In this document: positions 49,579 to 63,956 of the stretch, in pieces
How positions within the stretch are numbered: position 1 is the first letter of the stretch
Layout: every line of letters starts with the position of its first letter
Source: Chara braunii
Taxonomy: Eukaryota > Plantae > Charophyceae
Assembly (NCBI GenBank): GCA_003427395.1
Contig: BFEA01000023.1
Coordinates: forward strand, 4,590,981 to 4,654,980
Length of the DNA: 64,000 nt
Direction of reading: 5' to 3'
Made by a program: the position numbers and the translations under genes
Notes under the pieces: model-generated
The model's input: the letters and a program-made list of their open reading frames with translations, nothing else
Databases searched by the model: none
What the model was told of the DNA's origin: nothing

Positions 49579-50362
49579 CCTTTGATAGACTTACTACAAC
49601 AAATAACTTCAAATTATATTGGATTAACCTATTTATGACTGAAAATCCTTACTTAGAATGATACTCCAATTAAAATATTTCATGAACTAATCCAGACTTT
49701 CCTTCCATCTCTAGCATGCATTCCAAATAAGAAGGGATACCCTATTCTTGGAATGAAAGTTTGCAAGTAAGGTGGAAAATTTTAAAATTGGAATGACATT
49801 TTTAAAGATTGAATGAAAATTTAAAATTTAGAATGTAATTTTACTATAGAATGATTATTTAATTTTATGAAAAATTTTCGTTGGCAGACCTACTGCTCCC
49901 GAATGTGCGCTCTCCTCTCAATTACCATACGCATCCGCACCTACGGACTTCACCAGAAATGAACGCACGGTGTTTATGGCTGTGTCTAGACTTAAAGCTG
50001 CCCCAAATGTACTGCTATAATGACAATGTGGATAAGAAGGGTAGTTTGGATTCAGAAGGGCCAATGCTAGCTGGGTTCCAGCTGGAGTGGGGTATGAAAA
50101 TGTCCTGATCTTGTTGGCTCCAGCTGTCAGAAATCAAGTGGAATGGAAGGGAGGCGGGGGAGTGGACTGCGCGATAAAAAAGGACAAGTATTCACGTCGA
50201 CTGTGAGGAACTCGACCTCCATGTTGTGCTGATAATGAAAAAAAAAGAGTGGTTCAGCTTTGGGAGGTGCAGGGTGTGGTTCCATGCCCTGGTGAATCCC
50301 TATCGCTCGTGTGGGTGCACACACACAAGCGTGAAACACATACTCTGGGCATGAGTAGCATA

Positions 50363-50459
<97 letters not shown>

Positions 50460-50484
50460 NNNNNNNNNNNNNNNNNNNNNNNNN

Positions 50485-50533
<49 letters not shown>

Positions 50534-51625
50534 TTTGGAAAATGTGGGCTGGGAGTGAGACGGACCAGTTTGATACACGTGGATGGGAGGGAGAGGTGTG
50601 AAGAATGTTGGGGGGGTGTTGCAGAGAGCAGGGTGAGAAAGGGCTATGTGGAGCGAGGAATTTGAATTCCTGTCAAAGTAGCCATGAAGTTGAAGTGTAA
50701 ACGGAAGAATTAAAGCCAGACGCTGAAACGAAAAGAAAAAGAAAAAGAAAAAAGGAAAAGGAAAAGAAGAGAGTGAAGGGCCTCCTCAACTCACCCTTTT
50801 GGAGTTGAAAGGCTAATGAATGGAATCTCTTCCTCTTTTTTCTTTTTCCTTTTTTTTTAATCTTGTTTTCTTTTGCTTGTTTTCCTTTTGTCGTTTGTGG
50901 AAGTATCCGTGGCTGGTCACTTGTCGACGGTTTCAGATACACACCACTACATTCTGTCGTATCACAACTTTAATATGTTTTTTTTTATCCAATGAGAACA
51001 GACTCTCTTTGTCGGTGCCAACTCAGAACTCCCAAAGGAAACTTCTAGATCTTTGTTGTCTAGCACAATCTCCTAAACACCGAACAAATCAATCAAGCAA
51101 TCAAGCAATCAATCAATCGGCAATGTGAGCATCGACGACGTACAGTATCTGGGCTGGTGTCTTTGCGAGTGGAAGTCTGTGTGCCCGTGCCAATATCTTT
51201 TTGTTTGTGTGCCCCAAATGGGGTGAACCATATGGTATGCTAGAAATGAAAACTTTTCACTACACTTTTGCACCCTGGCCCACAGCCGGTAGAACCTGTA
51301 AGGCCTGCAGGGCCCAGGCTGCAGAAATGAAGTGCAAGTGCTTCAAACGAGGAGTGATTCTGATTCTCTCTTTCTGATGCAAATTTCCACTGCGTGATGA
51401 ACTTTCTCGAACGGGCATGGGCATGAAGCAATTGATATCCCCAGGCGCGACCAGTTTGTTTCGATGTCCAGAGTGCAGGAAGTCATGCCCATGTTGTCAA
51501 AACAAAATGCCTGGGGCAAAAGACTGGGTGTAGCATATGGTGTGTACCGTTCTAGGGTAAACAAATACAGGGTTTTGGGGGGGGGGGGCACCACATTTCC
51601 TTTTCTTTCTCCTCTTTTATTGTGT

Positions 51626-51678
<53 letters not shown>

Positions 51679-52351
51679 TGTGTGTGTGAGGATGTTATCC
51701 TAGCTNNNNNNNNNNNNNNNNNNNNNNNNNNNNNNNNNNNNNNNNNNNNNNNNNNNNNNNNNNNNNNNNNNNNNNNNNNNNNNNNNNNNNNNNNNNNNNN
51801 NNNNNNNNNNNNNNNNNNNNNTTTTTTTAAACATCTGTGGGAGCCTACTATTGGAGGTGATACTAGCATCCCCCAATCCATGGTTCAAAATTTGAATTCG
51901 AAAGAATGTTCCGAAGGACCTGTGTAACAGTGTACTCTTATTGCCAATGCCTAAAGCACCGGTAGATGCCAGCTATCGGCTGCGGGCCCCTTCAGAAGGC
52001 CACCGGCCGCCGATTCATTTTATCTACGGCCCTCAGCCTCCTCAATTTTCGGAGATGCTCAGAACAGGTTCTCCAGTTGCCTGGGGCCATGTACTGGTGG
52101 TTTAAAGCTGCCAGTTCATCCAAACCAGAGTACGGGTTTTGCCGATTTATGCGGTAAGAGCTTTTCGATCCGGGCCCGGACTGGTCGTGAACTCCGCATA
52201 CCACTTGAATAGGGACAGTTCCAGACTCGCAAGCCTTGGAAGGGAGCTCGGTCAACTGGTTGTTCCGTAAGATAGCAACATGGATCGAGGTGTGGGTTGA
52301 GGGGGGGGGACCACAAAAAGAGAATATGGATTGAGTTTGGGATGTTGAGTA

Positions 52352-52425
52352 AACTGCCTAGCTCACTTGGTTAGACACGCCAGTGGCATTCAGGTGGTTG
52401 TGGGTTCACTTCCCACTTACCGCCT
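52352..52425 (+). pseudogene. tRNA-derived SINE head or tRNA pseudogene
   Basis: A-box-like TAGCTCACTTGGTTAGA and T-arm/B-box-like GTGGGTTCACTTCCCAC at tRNA spacing. The acceptor and anticodon stems do not pair well. Confidence 0.45.
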
Positions 52426-53391
52426 GGGAACGCTTGGTGCCAACCAACTGAGATAGTTGGCATCCTCAGCCCGGTTGGTATTGGTAGGGTCTTCGGCCAT
52501 CATGGGTGTGTGTGTGTGGAGTTGTGTGTGGTGTGTGAGTATGGGCCATAGACACTGTTGTTACTCGATGGGGGTGGGGGAAAGTGATGGGAGGTGCAGC
52601 CACTGGCAAAATTCTCGACCTTTGTGTTAGCTGGACCCCCCCCAGCAGCGGCCCCAGCCTCCTCCCTGACCACAACCAATTAGGGTGGGGGGCAACAGGC
52701 ACCCCCTTGATTGTGAGAAGCAACTGTGCTTGCAGGGGGGCTTGTATAGGCTTAGGAATAGTGGTAGGTAGGTAGTGAGACGTGAAAGTGACATAAGAAT
52801 ACAGGTGGACCTGGATTACTCAGAGGTTATCATAGGTTAGACCTTGGCTAGGGGGGAACATCAGACACTGCATGTGATATAGGGGGCGGCATCAGACACT
52901 GCATGTGATATCTACGGTACATCTGGATATGTACATTGGTGAGTCAGGGTAAATAGTTTGAAGGGCCGGAATGGGTCTATCTATAAGACTTGCAGGAGAA
53001 TGTCTACATCTAGCGCTCAGAGCATCCATACGACAACACTCCCGACTGCGCTTTAGTCAGGGTTGAGCAAGGGATGTCTTACTTAACCTTAATGCCGACA
53101 ACCACTGTTCGGAAAGGTCACTCACGTTGAGATAGCAAAAGGGAAACTGGTTAGGTAGGATTGTGGGAGTACGGGTGCACCTGAAAGAAATAACGAGAGA
53201 GAGACGTTGGGAGGAAATCTCACAAGAAGTAGGAGAAAAAAGATTATAACCTATCGAACAAATGCACTGACTAGTTCTCCCCACTAAACCACCAGTACGT
53301 ACCAGTTGAGACGATCGTTAATGATGTAGCCGAATCAACCTACCCCTCCGGTCCAAATTCATTTGAGGCTGGGGGATATGAAAAATGTGGT

Positions 53392-53976
53392 AGGTACTGG
53401 TGGTTTAAACCACAAATATCCCCCCCAACCATTTTTCTCTGATTCGGAGTGGATGTGTGTGCAAGTTTTGTGGGTTGGCCTACTAAAGCAAAATAATTTG
53501 CAGCACCAGGCAAAAAAAGGTCGGTCTCGTTTTGTTTTTCTTTTTCAATGTGTGGTTCGGATACTTCGATATCTGATTGTGTGGAAAAAACTTAATGGTT
53601 TTCAAGTATTTATTTTCTTCGTACATTAGGGAGCATAGAGAGAGAGAAAACCGCAGGGGACAAAAAGATTGAATTTTTTATCCTTTTTCAATAAACTGTT
53701 GTATAAGCGTCCTATTTTTTCACCCTTGTTTAAAGAGGATAAACGATTGATCCTATTGCACATAAAAAAGGAGAAAATACAGGGAATTTGTGCATTCCCT
53801 AAGCAATTCTAAAAGATGTATCGCAAACGTTTTTTATATGATGTAATGAAATTCTCCTAGGAAATGTGAGAAAATTAAAGGATAGGAAAGTTAGTGGGTT
53901 AGTTTTATAAGTTCTCTATTAGAAATGGGATGATTGGGAACTACATACCCATCACGCTTTTAAACCACCAGTACCT
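53392..53976. mobile_element. MITE-like element with AGGTACTGGTGGTTTAAA inverted ends and an AT-rich core
   Basis: Perfect 18-bp inverted repeat. The same motif occurs at ~12377, 52091, 53285 (inverted) and 54662. Confidence 0.65.
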
Positions 53977-56900
53977 CACCCAGCTGTGCAGTCCACACCC
54001 TCGACAACCGGTATGCTGAGCCTGTCAAGCCTGGCAGTACCAGTAGTAGGAAAGGCTGAGGCTGGGGCGACTAGTGAAAAAAAAAAAAAAAAAACGAAGC
54101 AAAAATTATAGGGATGTGAATGCAGATGCATACATTCTTGAAGATTATTCCAGTGTGAGTGTGATCATGCCGTCTATGCCAAGTCCGTAAGCCCCGCCAG
54201 GTTGTTGTAACAACCATCAACACAAGAGAAAAAAAAAGGCGATCGCGTCATCTGAATCATGAAGAACGAAGACGGAAAAAAATCTGCTTCAACCTTCAAA
54301 CGTTGAAAGAGGTCGTATACATTCTCATGAGTTGCAGTGTACATTGATCCTCGATGAGGACGTTTCAACATATATGACAACGACCTACCACACTGGCATG
54401 TGAATCAAAAGAAAATGAAAAGAAAGGGAAAAAAAAAACAACAACGATGAATCTATCTTAGATTGTGGACAAGTTCGTTGGGGGAAGCACTGGTGTGAGC
54501 ACAACCCTTTGGACTTTGTTTCCCTCACGACACCTATACACAATGAAGTTTTTTTTTTTCATGGCACTGTAGCACAAAAATTCGAACGACCACTTTTGAC
54601 TTCAACGAATCTCATTTGACGTCGCGCTTTAACGACTGCGTCGGGAATTTTTAGCAGCGCGAGGTACTGGTGCTTTAACAGTCGTATACAAGTTGCTATC
54701 GAAATCTGCCGCAAATAAAATTGTGAAAATATTGGATAATATCATCTAACTCTCTCTAACATGTTTTGCCAAGTACAATAACATAAAAAATCATATTATT
54801 AAAGTAGGTTTCAAGAAAACCCAAGCAAAGTTTGATATTGATTTAGTTCACGACTCTCGTTTCATGGACGACGTGACCATCGTTGTGGTGCTAAACAAAA
54901 AAGTTGAGAGCTCTTTTCACAAGGGAAGAAGAATTGTTCTCGACGTTCTAGGTAAGCTACAGGGCAAAGCTGCAGCTTGCGTATAAACGATGACTCGAAT
55001 ACTATCGACTGTATTCGTAGTAGAATCATGACTGTTTTTGTCCGGTATAGTTCCTGGTGGAACCGAAGTTGAAAAATCAAGATTAGTTACTATGTTAGTA
55101 GAAGAGTTTCTTCCATTTATAGCTTTCAAATACTAAGTTTCCTAATAAGACAAAGGAGCTAAGCTCATTGGCATATCTAACTCTCTACACAAAATTCAGT
55201 AGACTACTAATTTCAATTGTGCGAGGCTCCTACTTATCCTGACCGTGAAGGTAGAACTCCTACGTTGGGGCTAACCCCAACGTTCTACAGTAGAGGCCTG
55301 GCGAAACATACCATGAAAAACATTATCAATTAATCTTCATAAAGTTATTCCGTCAACAATGTTGAGGAGCAATTGAGTAGGCGAGCTTTATTATTTATCG
55401 TATAATAAATTTTGTTATTTATTATTCACCTTGCAAAACCATTATGATTATTCCCTGTAGTAAGATTGTGGTATTTTTGATTTTTTTCATGCTTGGGTTT
55501 TAGTTTATATTTCAACGAAGTTATTCCGTTAATTCTCTAATGTCGGTTTTTGGTACCTATAAATTTCAATGAAACTTTTCAATTTATTTATTTCATTTTA
55601 CCTTGCTCGTTCTTCTTTTTTGGGGGGGGGAGACAAAAGCCCCAATCTATTTGTGGGAAACATCACATGTTGGAAACCAGGCCCAACTTCCCTCGTAAAG
55701 TTCAAAAAACATAGTATATCAAGACCATTACCCATCTTAGAGTGCGATAAGTTTGATCAACTAAGAGAAGTTCAGAAAAATATGAGGCTTGTTTTTGACC
55801 TACTAGAAAGAAGACGCTACTGAATAGCCCACGACCAATGAACCTATATGGATACCAGAACACAAATGAAACCTAGCCAATGCAACCCTGTTCAGATCTC
55901 TTACCTTGCAAATATTAAATGTGCACTTCGTTAAGACTTTGAGGATCCCGCCAACAATAGACACGTTGGCAGTTGTACAATAGCAAGTTAGATGGAACAC
56001 ATGAATTTTCAGGGTAGCTACTGGGTAGGGAAAAAATAGCAAAGGCTAAGTGGCCTTTGTCCGTTTTTGTTCCCGCCCTCCGGTTTTGTAGATGAGTGTC
56101 TAGTACATAATTTTGGTGTTGCGGGTGACCACCATGTAAGTGCACTGTATAGCCAGTGAGCAAGGGTAACAAGAAATCGTTGTGCCCAATTTATTAGTGA
56201 GTAAGCCATAAATGTAAAATAGGGTGGTCTCCAAGTGCGATATTAAGAGTACAAATGTGTGGAAGGTGAAACTAATTTAGAGCGGGAAAGCAATAAGGTT
56301 TTCAAATTGAAAGGGAGGAGTCGAGGGTGAGTTACTTACAGGAGAGGAGGTGTGTTGTCTGAGCAGGGTACACACGTGCGCGTGCTTAATGATTGTCAAG
56401 CACGCAAAGAGAACCGGACAACAATCTGGATTGAGGCACTGTAGCCAATCAGCACGATTCATGTGCAGGCGGTAACTCTGTTCGTAGCTTGGAGGTTTGC
56501 ACTTGTAGCGTTCGTAGGTACAAAGTATTAAGGGGGCAAGGCCGTATTTCCCCCCTACACTTAGAGTGAGAACCGTGAGGTGGAAAGCCTCAAGGGTTAG
56601 CGATGAGGAAAACCTTATGAGGATTACCATAGAACAAACGATCAAAATGTTGTTGGGAAACATCCGCGAACCAAGTTATGAGAGCACAAGTTTTATTATA
56701 CCATTTTTTTTTTCTTTTTCCGTTTTCGAAAACAAGTGTTTGGTCATTGTTTTTTCTTTGTTTTCTTCTTAATGTGAAAAATCCCCCCTCCACAATGCAA
56801 CAAAGATAAAAAATAAATAAATAAAAAGAGGGGAGAAATAAAAAAAATCACATTCGGGCTGAACATGTGGCTGGGGGGTCCTGAACGTTCGAACGTTCGG

Positions 56901-59900
56901 GTTCAGGGGTTCAGTCGAACCCAAGCGCCAGGTTATCTTGTATGTATATATATATAGAGAGAGAGAGAGGGTAACCGACGTTCGGAACGGGCCGAACGCC
57001 CGAACGTATGGGACCCCTTGGGGATGCGTTCGAGCGTTCGGGCCGANNNNNNNNNNNNNNNNNNNNNNNNNNNNNNNNNNNNNNNNNAAAAAAAAAAAAA
57101 AAAAAAAACCATTCTGAAAAATATATGTTATAGAGAAAAATAAATTAAACAAAATTTGTCTGAGCATTACATCCAAATTCCTTCCTAAATTTGAAATAAA
57201 ATTGAAATATGAAAAACAAATACTAATAATAAAAATAATAAAAAATAGAAAAAGAATTAAATTTAGTGAGTGCGCGATGTCGGTGCGAATACCCTTACAA
57301 GGGTATCTGCCCTCTTTTTTTGCAAGCAACAGAAATAGGTTTGGTTTAAAGTTCAAGTATTCTGCGCGAGGCGAGACTGCGTCTGTGGTTTACGTTAGGC
57401 TGGATGGTTGACTAAAACAAAGAGTGTGTGGGCGCGCAGGCTTGAGGCGCGAGTGATCTTATTTGTTGATGATTGAATAACCGGCATGATCGCCAACCAT
57501 ATATATTTTTTTTGATTAAATTAGGATTGAAAAGATTTTCGTCTCGTGATTGGTACGCTTGAATGTGACTAGTGCATTTGTGCGAAGGACGGCGTTAACA
57601 ACAACGTGATTTTGAACCATTTCAGTAATCCTGCGTGTCGCGCCGTGCCTATTTATATAGTATCATTATAGATGACCGCTGATGCTAGGTTCAACCTTGG
57701 GCCTAGTTTTGTTGGTTATAATGACGTCAGACTTTCATCAGAGAGATTCAGGGATCGAGATCGAATGGCGACAGCGCAAGAATATTAGAGTAGCGCGGAG
57801 GGCCCGGCGAGGTTATCCCCTTTGCCCCTGCCGTCGGCATAGTCAGCGTGGTAGTAAGATAATTTTTTTTTTTTTTGTCTGTCGTGTCTTGAAGGTTAAA
57901 CGTCCTAAATATTTTTATTATTTACCGTCATTATTTCTACTTTTCTTATGTGCCGGGGTTCCTTGACTCGAGCGCAGCGCCGGATCTAGGAGTCGTTACG
58001 ATAGTCGAAGACTTTGAGCACACGCCTCTTCTGAGGGGCTGCTCCGGTCCATGTGTATTCAGAATGCTGGCACGACATGGATAAGAGCCGAGGGGGTGCT
58101 TAGCCCACGAGCCGGAAGATGGGTGGCGGGACCCCTCTTCATGTGCGCCATTCACCGTCCGAGGGTTGCTGTGAAAAATCTGAATGAGTGCATGCCCGTT
58201 GGGACGAAAGAGAGTGTGGACTGTATCAAATAAGGTAGGTTGGCCCAGTTCGAGCACCAACGAAACGTTGAGACATGGGTCTGAGCTTGAAAATGGGATA
58301 AAGGTCAACCGACCAGTTCTTATAATAACCTTTCTTTGGGTTTGGGCTGCGGTTACGACATTGTCCGTCAGGACATCCGCTAAAAGGAATTGAAGCAATA
58401 TGAAACGGAGGGGTGTTACCTATCTAAACCTAGTCGGAGAAAGGGGCCTGGTCCGCACGCAGTGTGCTAGGGAGAGGTAGACTCGAGGATACTGGGGCAG
58501 GGGTCACAACGATACTGTTGTACGTATCATCTGTTGAGTTTAGGTATAGGCGAGAGAGAGTAATCGGATCGGCGATCGAACCGATTTTCGTTCCCCGAAA
58601 AAAAATTCATTCAAAGTGTTTCATCCGGAGCAGGACGAGCTGTCGGGCGGATTGTTTTGCGACGTGAGGTTTTGCTAAGTGAAGTATTGGCGACATCAAC
58701 GCGGACCAGAGGACGGAAGGAGACGAGGAAGATGGGGTGAACCAAAATAGGAAGGCACGACAGGTACAGGCGAGGTAAAGAAATCAGAGATGGTGAAGGA
58801 GGCAGATGACGCGCAGCGCGAAACGTATAGCACATACGATTCTCCACTGGATTAAGTAGGGAAAGGAGTAATCCTGAGAGTTTGGTGTCAGGCGAATTCG
58901 CATTTAGAGTTAGTTTTAGCAGAAGGTTGGTATACGGAGAGTTAGTGAGGAAGGCAGTGAGTGAGGAACGTCAAGGAGGGAGAAACCGACGAAAAGGAGT
59001 GTGTATCTTGTCCGTTTTCTAACAGAATCGAGCAGGGGAGGGTCTTAGGCAGGGGCTTTCGCATACTACGAATTCGATGGCAATGGCGGATTGACCTTCT
59101 GATTAGCGGATGGAGTGTTGTGGTGGTATGGGGCTGCGCACGGATGTCGAAAGGATAGAGATGACAGGAATTGAAAATTGAAAAGCTCGCTCGTATCTTT
59201 GCGAGATCGAGTGAGTAGAGGTATGAAACGGGGGCCTTTGACTGATGCAACAGGGATACGTTGGTTAGATTGGGAATATAAGTAGGAAGGTTAGGTGATA
59301 GGAGGTGAATGAACCTACCTATACGCTGGCGGAAGCTTCATTCAATCCCTCTACACAACGTGTGCACAGTCGGGAGCGCACGCTACAGTAGGAGTGTTCC
59401 CCCAGTAGAGAGCGCGACCGAGGTTACGGGTAGCGGGACTGAGATTACAAGGGAGAACGAAAAGCAGTAGGCGACACTTACCTTTAAAACTGGCACTACG
59501 GGATGCCGAGCGCCGAGCCGCGGAGCCAATCTACGCATTGAGATGAGCTCGAACGAGCAGAGAGTGTATACCTTGGTGCTTCAGCGGTAGACTCATTTGG
59601 GTTTGTCCATCCTATCGATGAAAATAACGTGTAGCCAGTTGCAGAGCTAGAGACTTGTTTGTGGGCCGGCGTGTTCAAACGGATGAACCGAGCCGAAGAG
59701 TGGTGCATGTACTCCTGTCCCAGTAGTAGATTTATTCGGAGCTCGCTCGGACTATTGACTGGAGTAGCAGGGATTCGCTCCCCGGGTTGGTGACTTACCT
59801 GTTGGCCGGCGTACTACCGAGCGAAATAGCTACAGGCGAACCACGGGCTTGCAGGCTTACCTGCCACCTCAGCAATCGAAGGTGGGAGGCGAGTTGTGGA

Positions 59901-62259
59901 GTCGGGTTACTTGAGTAAGAACAGACAGAGGGGGAAATAAGAATGATGATGTGAGGGCGCGTACCTGGTTTTGGTGGAGGTCTATAAGGTTGACATCCAC
60001 ACACGCTTCAATTGTTCATACGGACGTCGAGGGAATGCATTGCCAATTTGTACGCTGCTAAGTAGCTGCGTGTGTAGCAGTAGTTTGGGCATGGAGTGCC
60101 AGTTGGCAAAAGGGGGGCTCCACATAAGCATGTTGGTGGCGGTCAGAGTATGTTTTTTGTTGATGGTGCTGGATTCTGTGAAGCAGGTTGGTCGCTGCCC
60201 TGTTCAGCTCATAGTTGTGCTGATCCGATTGGCGGGCGCCAACCTCAGACTGCGGTGCTGCTACGCCGTTGCGGTTTACTTGGCTTGTGTTGTGCATTGT
60301 TGAACGCCCACGGTGACACTTGTGGTTGGTGCCATGATCTGCTGCTGTACTTTGTCGCTACGAGTGGTTGCTGCGCACACGATATTTTACTGAAGATTTC
60401 GTTCCATTTTGCTCTCACTTCGAATAAGACACAGGAGAGTGCTCTACTTGAGCGCGACCCTTCTGGGCTGGGTAGCGACGAATTGATCCGAGATTTTTGA
60501 AGAGGGGGGATTAATGTTGTGATTTGGGGAATCGCCAGAGAGTTAACAGCTCGCAGTTTGACTTCAATTGACCGAGTTGCTGTTGCATTCTGGGCTGTTA
60601 TTGTGGGACCCTCTGACGAATGAAGGTATCAAGACCCTCTTCTGGGAGTTGAGTTGTCCCTCTCCTGTATGGCAGTAGATCTGGCTGAATACGGGAAGTG
60701 TGGGAGAGGCAATCACATGCAAGAATTTACTTCAACGACGGCATATACAGTCACGCAAGATGATTTTTTTTCTCGCCAGACCTCTCGACGTAGCTGCGGT
60801 CCAATCCATCCCCGAACAGGCTGACCACCGACAGGCCTTATAGGATTGTCCCATACATCCATCAAAATCCCAGTGTGCATATCAGCCTCGCCACACCACT
60901 CACCAAATGCGAAAACTACACAAATACTAGCGGCGGACATACCCCCACTAAAAGGACAAAAGCATTGCTTTGCACGCGTTCCTGCCATCTGATCTGAAAA
61001 TCTCAACAGCTGCACTGTGGCCACATTGAAAATCACCCGACAACTGATACTGTTTTCCCCCCGATAGTAGGGCGTGGGCCCCGGGGTATACTGGGACGCA
61101 TTTTCAATATCACAGATTTGGTGAATAGTGCGCCGCCACTCTCTGAAGTGGTATTCTTTTGAGAGTTGTCGGAGATTTTCAAAAGCTCGCTTTCATGTTC
61201 TCAAGCCCCTTCGTGACACAGCCCTCTCGGATGGGTCTCAGAGATTTCTTTTCTTTCTCTTCTTTTCATAAAGGGCAACAGCCTTGAGATGTGATCATCA
61301 AAATTTGACCAGCCCTGGGTGATTCAAGATCGGAGTATTTTAGTCATTAGACTTCAGAGGAGTTCGAACTTGGGTCTGTATTTCAACAGTTCAGTTTATG
61401 GGTGTACCAACTAAGCTAGGCCAGTTGGTGGCCCCAGCTATTTTCAAAAGTTCGCTTTCTTTTTCTCTCGGCCCTTCGCCACACAGTCCTCTCGGATGGG
61501 TCCCTCTCAAGCATGGCCTGAGAAAGGACAGATACGCCCCAAGAAAAGGACAAAACCTTCCATCCCAATTGCAGGCCAAGGACCTCACTGCAACCCTCAT
61601 CACACGCCAACATTCTGAATGTATCTGGACCAGCCCTCTACATTCAAATGTTGGTGTTCGGCCAGTGGTGCACCGAGGGCCCAACTCTCAAAATGACATG
61701 CAGTTTGGGAGGCACTCAAAACCCAAGGCGTTGCAGGGAGGAGGGAAATCGTCTTCGAGATCCCTAAGGGCAAACTCACAGTAGGGCCCTTTCTTTCAGC
61801 ATCGCAAAAAATTTGGTGGTTCTTGTAGTCACTCAAGGCCGTCACCGGATCAATTGTAGCATTTGGGGCAGCAAATGTCAGCGGCCTGTCCGGCCACGGT
61901 GTTGGGAAATTTGCCATGGCTTCCAGAGGTGTTAGCAAACTTTCATTTTCTTTTCAGGACTTTGTGAAGAGAAAAATAATCTTTTGAAAACCCGCCCGTT
62001 CACAGGGTGAAGCCAGAGGAGATTTGAGAGGGGGACAAAAAAAAAGAAAAACGTTGAAGGATTTGGGCCACGCGTCGTGTGACCAGCGAGGCGCCATTTT
62101 GGCAATTGGCGGTAAGTCCCGAGGCCTCGGCCCACATGCCATCGAATAGTATAGTTTTCTATTACTGTGTGACAGTGAAAGGCGGGCTACGAAGTGCATT
62201 TATTGGGCCTCACTGCACTACTCTCAAATAGTATACTTTTCTATTGCTGAATCTTCCGC

Positions 62260-62321
<62 letters not shown>

Positions 62322-62741
62322 NNNNNNNNNNNNNNNNNNNNNNNNNNNNNNNNNNNNNNNNNNNNNNNNNNNNNNNNNNNNNNNNNNNNNNNNNNNNNNN
62401 NNNNNNNNNNNNNNNNNNNNNNNNNNNNNNNNNNNNNNNNNNNNNNNNNNNNNNNNNNNNNNNNNNNNNNNNNNNNNNNNNNNNNNNNNNNNNNNNNNNN
62501 NNNNNNNNNNNNNNNNNNNNNNNNNNNNNNNNNNNNNNNNNNNNNNNNNNNNNNNNNNNNNNNNNNNNNNNNNNNNNNNNNNNNNNNNNNNNNNNNNNNN
62601 NNNNNNNNNNNNNNNNNNNNNNNNNNNNNNNNNNNNNNNNNNNNNNNNNNNNNNNNNNNNNNNNNNNNNNNNNNNNNNNNNNNNNNNNNNNNNNNNNNNN
62701 NNNNNNNNNNNNNNNNNNNNNNNNNNNNNNNNNNNNNNNNN

Positions 62742-62806
<65 letters not shown>

Positions 62807-63108
62807 CACCAATACTCTTTACTAGAACCCACCCATGCTTTTTTTCTGTCTTTTTTCTCTCTTTTACAATATGAAGATTCAGCCCATGCTATTATACTTC
62901 CAGGCCAATGCTAAAGAAAGAGCGAGAAGAAAAAGGAAAAAGGAAAACGCTAAAAGAAATGTGGTCTGCATTTCAACAGTTCTTGGGTGTACGGACTGAC
63001 ATGCAGCCAGCTGAGGAGGGAAAACAAGAGTAGTATTCTACACCCAAAAGAAGTGGATACCATACCATACTACCTTCGTTCTCCCTCCTTTTTGCAGGGA
63101 ACCCCTAA

Positions 63109-63274
63109 GGGGCGGATCCCACTTCTTATAAGTAGGGCAGGGCACTTTTTGGCAAAATTTGGGATCCCACTTCTTTCCAGAAAACTCGGATCCTCTCCCG
63201 GAACGTCGGGGAATTGGAAACGTTCACATTCGTGGAGGCGCGGGTGTGATTGCAGGGGCGGTAGTTCATCGTAT

Positions 63275-63305
<31 letters not shown>

Positions 63306-63569
63306 GAGGTTCATCCTATTCTTGGAAGAGGCCACCCCCAACCTTGAACCGTGAAAGACGGAGACCTTGTTTTTTTCTTTCTTTTTTTTTTCCTGATCTG
63401 CAGGCCGTTGGATCCTTGAGCCACCACAAGATAGTGCCGCTCCATTAGGAAAAATCCAGAAGTAGGGCATGTGGGATTGCGTTTTTCTTTCACGGTCCGT
63501 GCGCTGCGCCTCCACCTTTAGCGGCACTTTTACGTTCTTACGAAAACGGAAAGAAGTGGGATCTGCCCC
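63109..63569. mobile_element. PIF/Harbinger (Tourist-like) MITE
   Basis: TAA|GGGGCGGATCCCACTTCTT...AAGAAGTGGGATCTGCCCC|TAA. Confidence 0.85.
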
Positions 63570-63882
63570 TAAGGCAATGAAAAAACAATGAGAAACGGAA
63601 GCCTTAGGGCTCCCTGCCCTAAATGGCAGGATGCATCATCCCACCTCCCATATCAAACAGAGTCGACGTTTTTTTTTTTTTTGTTTGTTTGTTTTTTTTC
63701 CCGTAACAGTCCCACACTGTGACACTGATTTAAAATTATAATTGGCATTAAAAAGCAGGCTCTGCTGATGTTCATAGGGGGAGGGGTAATGGGGGAGGCA
63801 CAGCAACTGGCCACTCAGATGATGCTCTGTCCCTCTGCCACCGGCTGTCCCCTGGCCGGTGCCCCCCGTTGGGGGTTCCCTG

Positions 63883-63956
63883 AAGGCTATCAGGCCACCC
63901 TAAGGCTATCAGGCCACCCTAAGGCTATCAGGCCACCCTAAGGCTATCAGGCCACC
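63883..63956. repeat. 19-bp tandem repeat AAGGCTATCAGGCCACCCT, 4 copies
   Basis: Directly visible, head to tail, no spacers. Confidence 0.95.

Noticed and set aside
6379-62825. Many long ORFs in the track (poly-X, CV/HT/RE/LS repeats, Ser/Pro-rich)
   Set aside because: They arise from N gaps, microsatellites and low-complexity tracts, or are antisense shadows of the LINE.
63883-63956. CRISPR-like repeat
   Set aside because: Head-to-tail 19-mers with no spacers.
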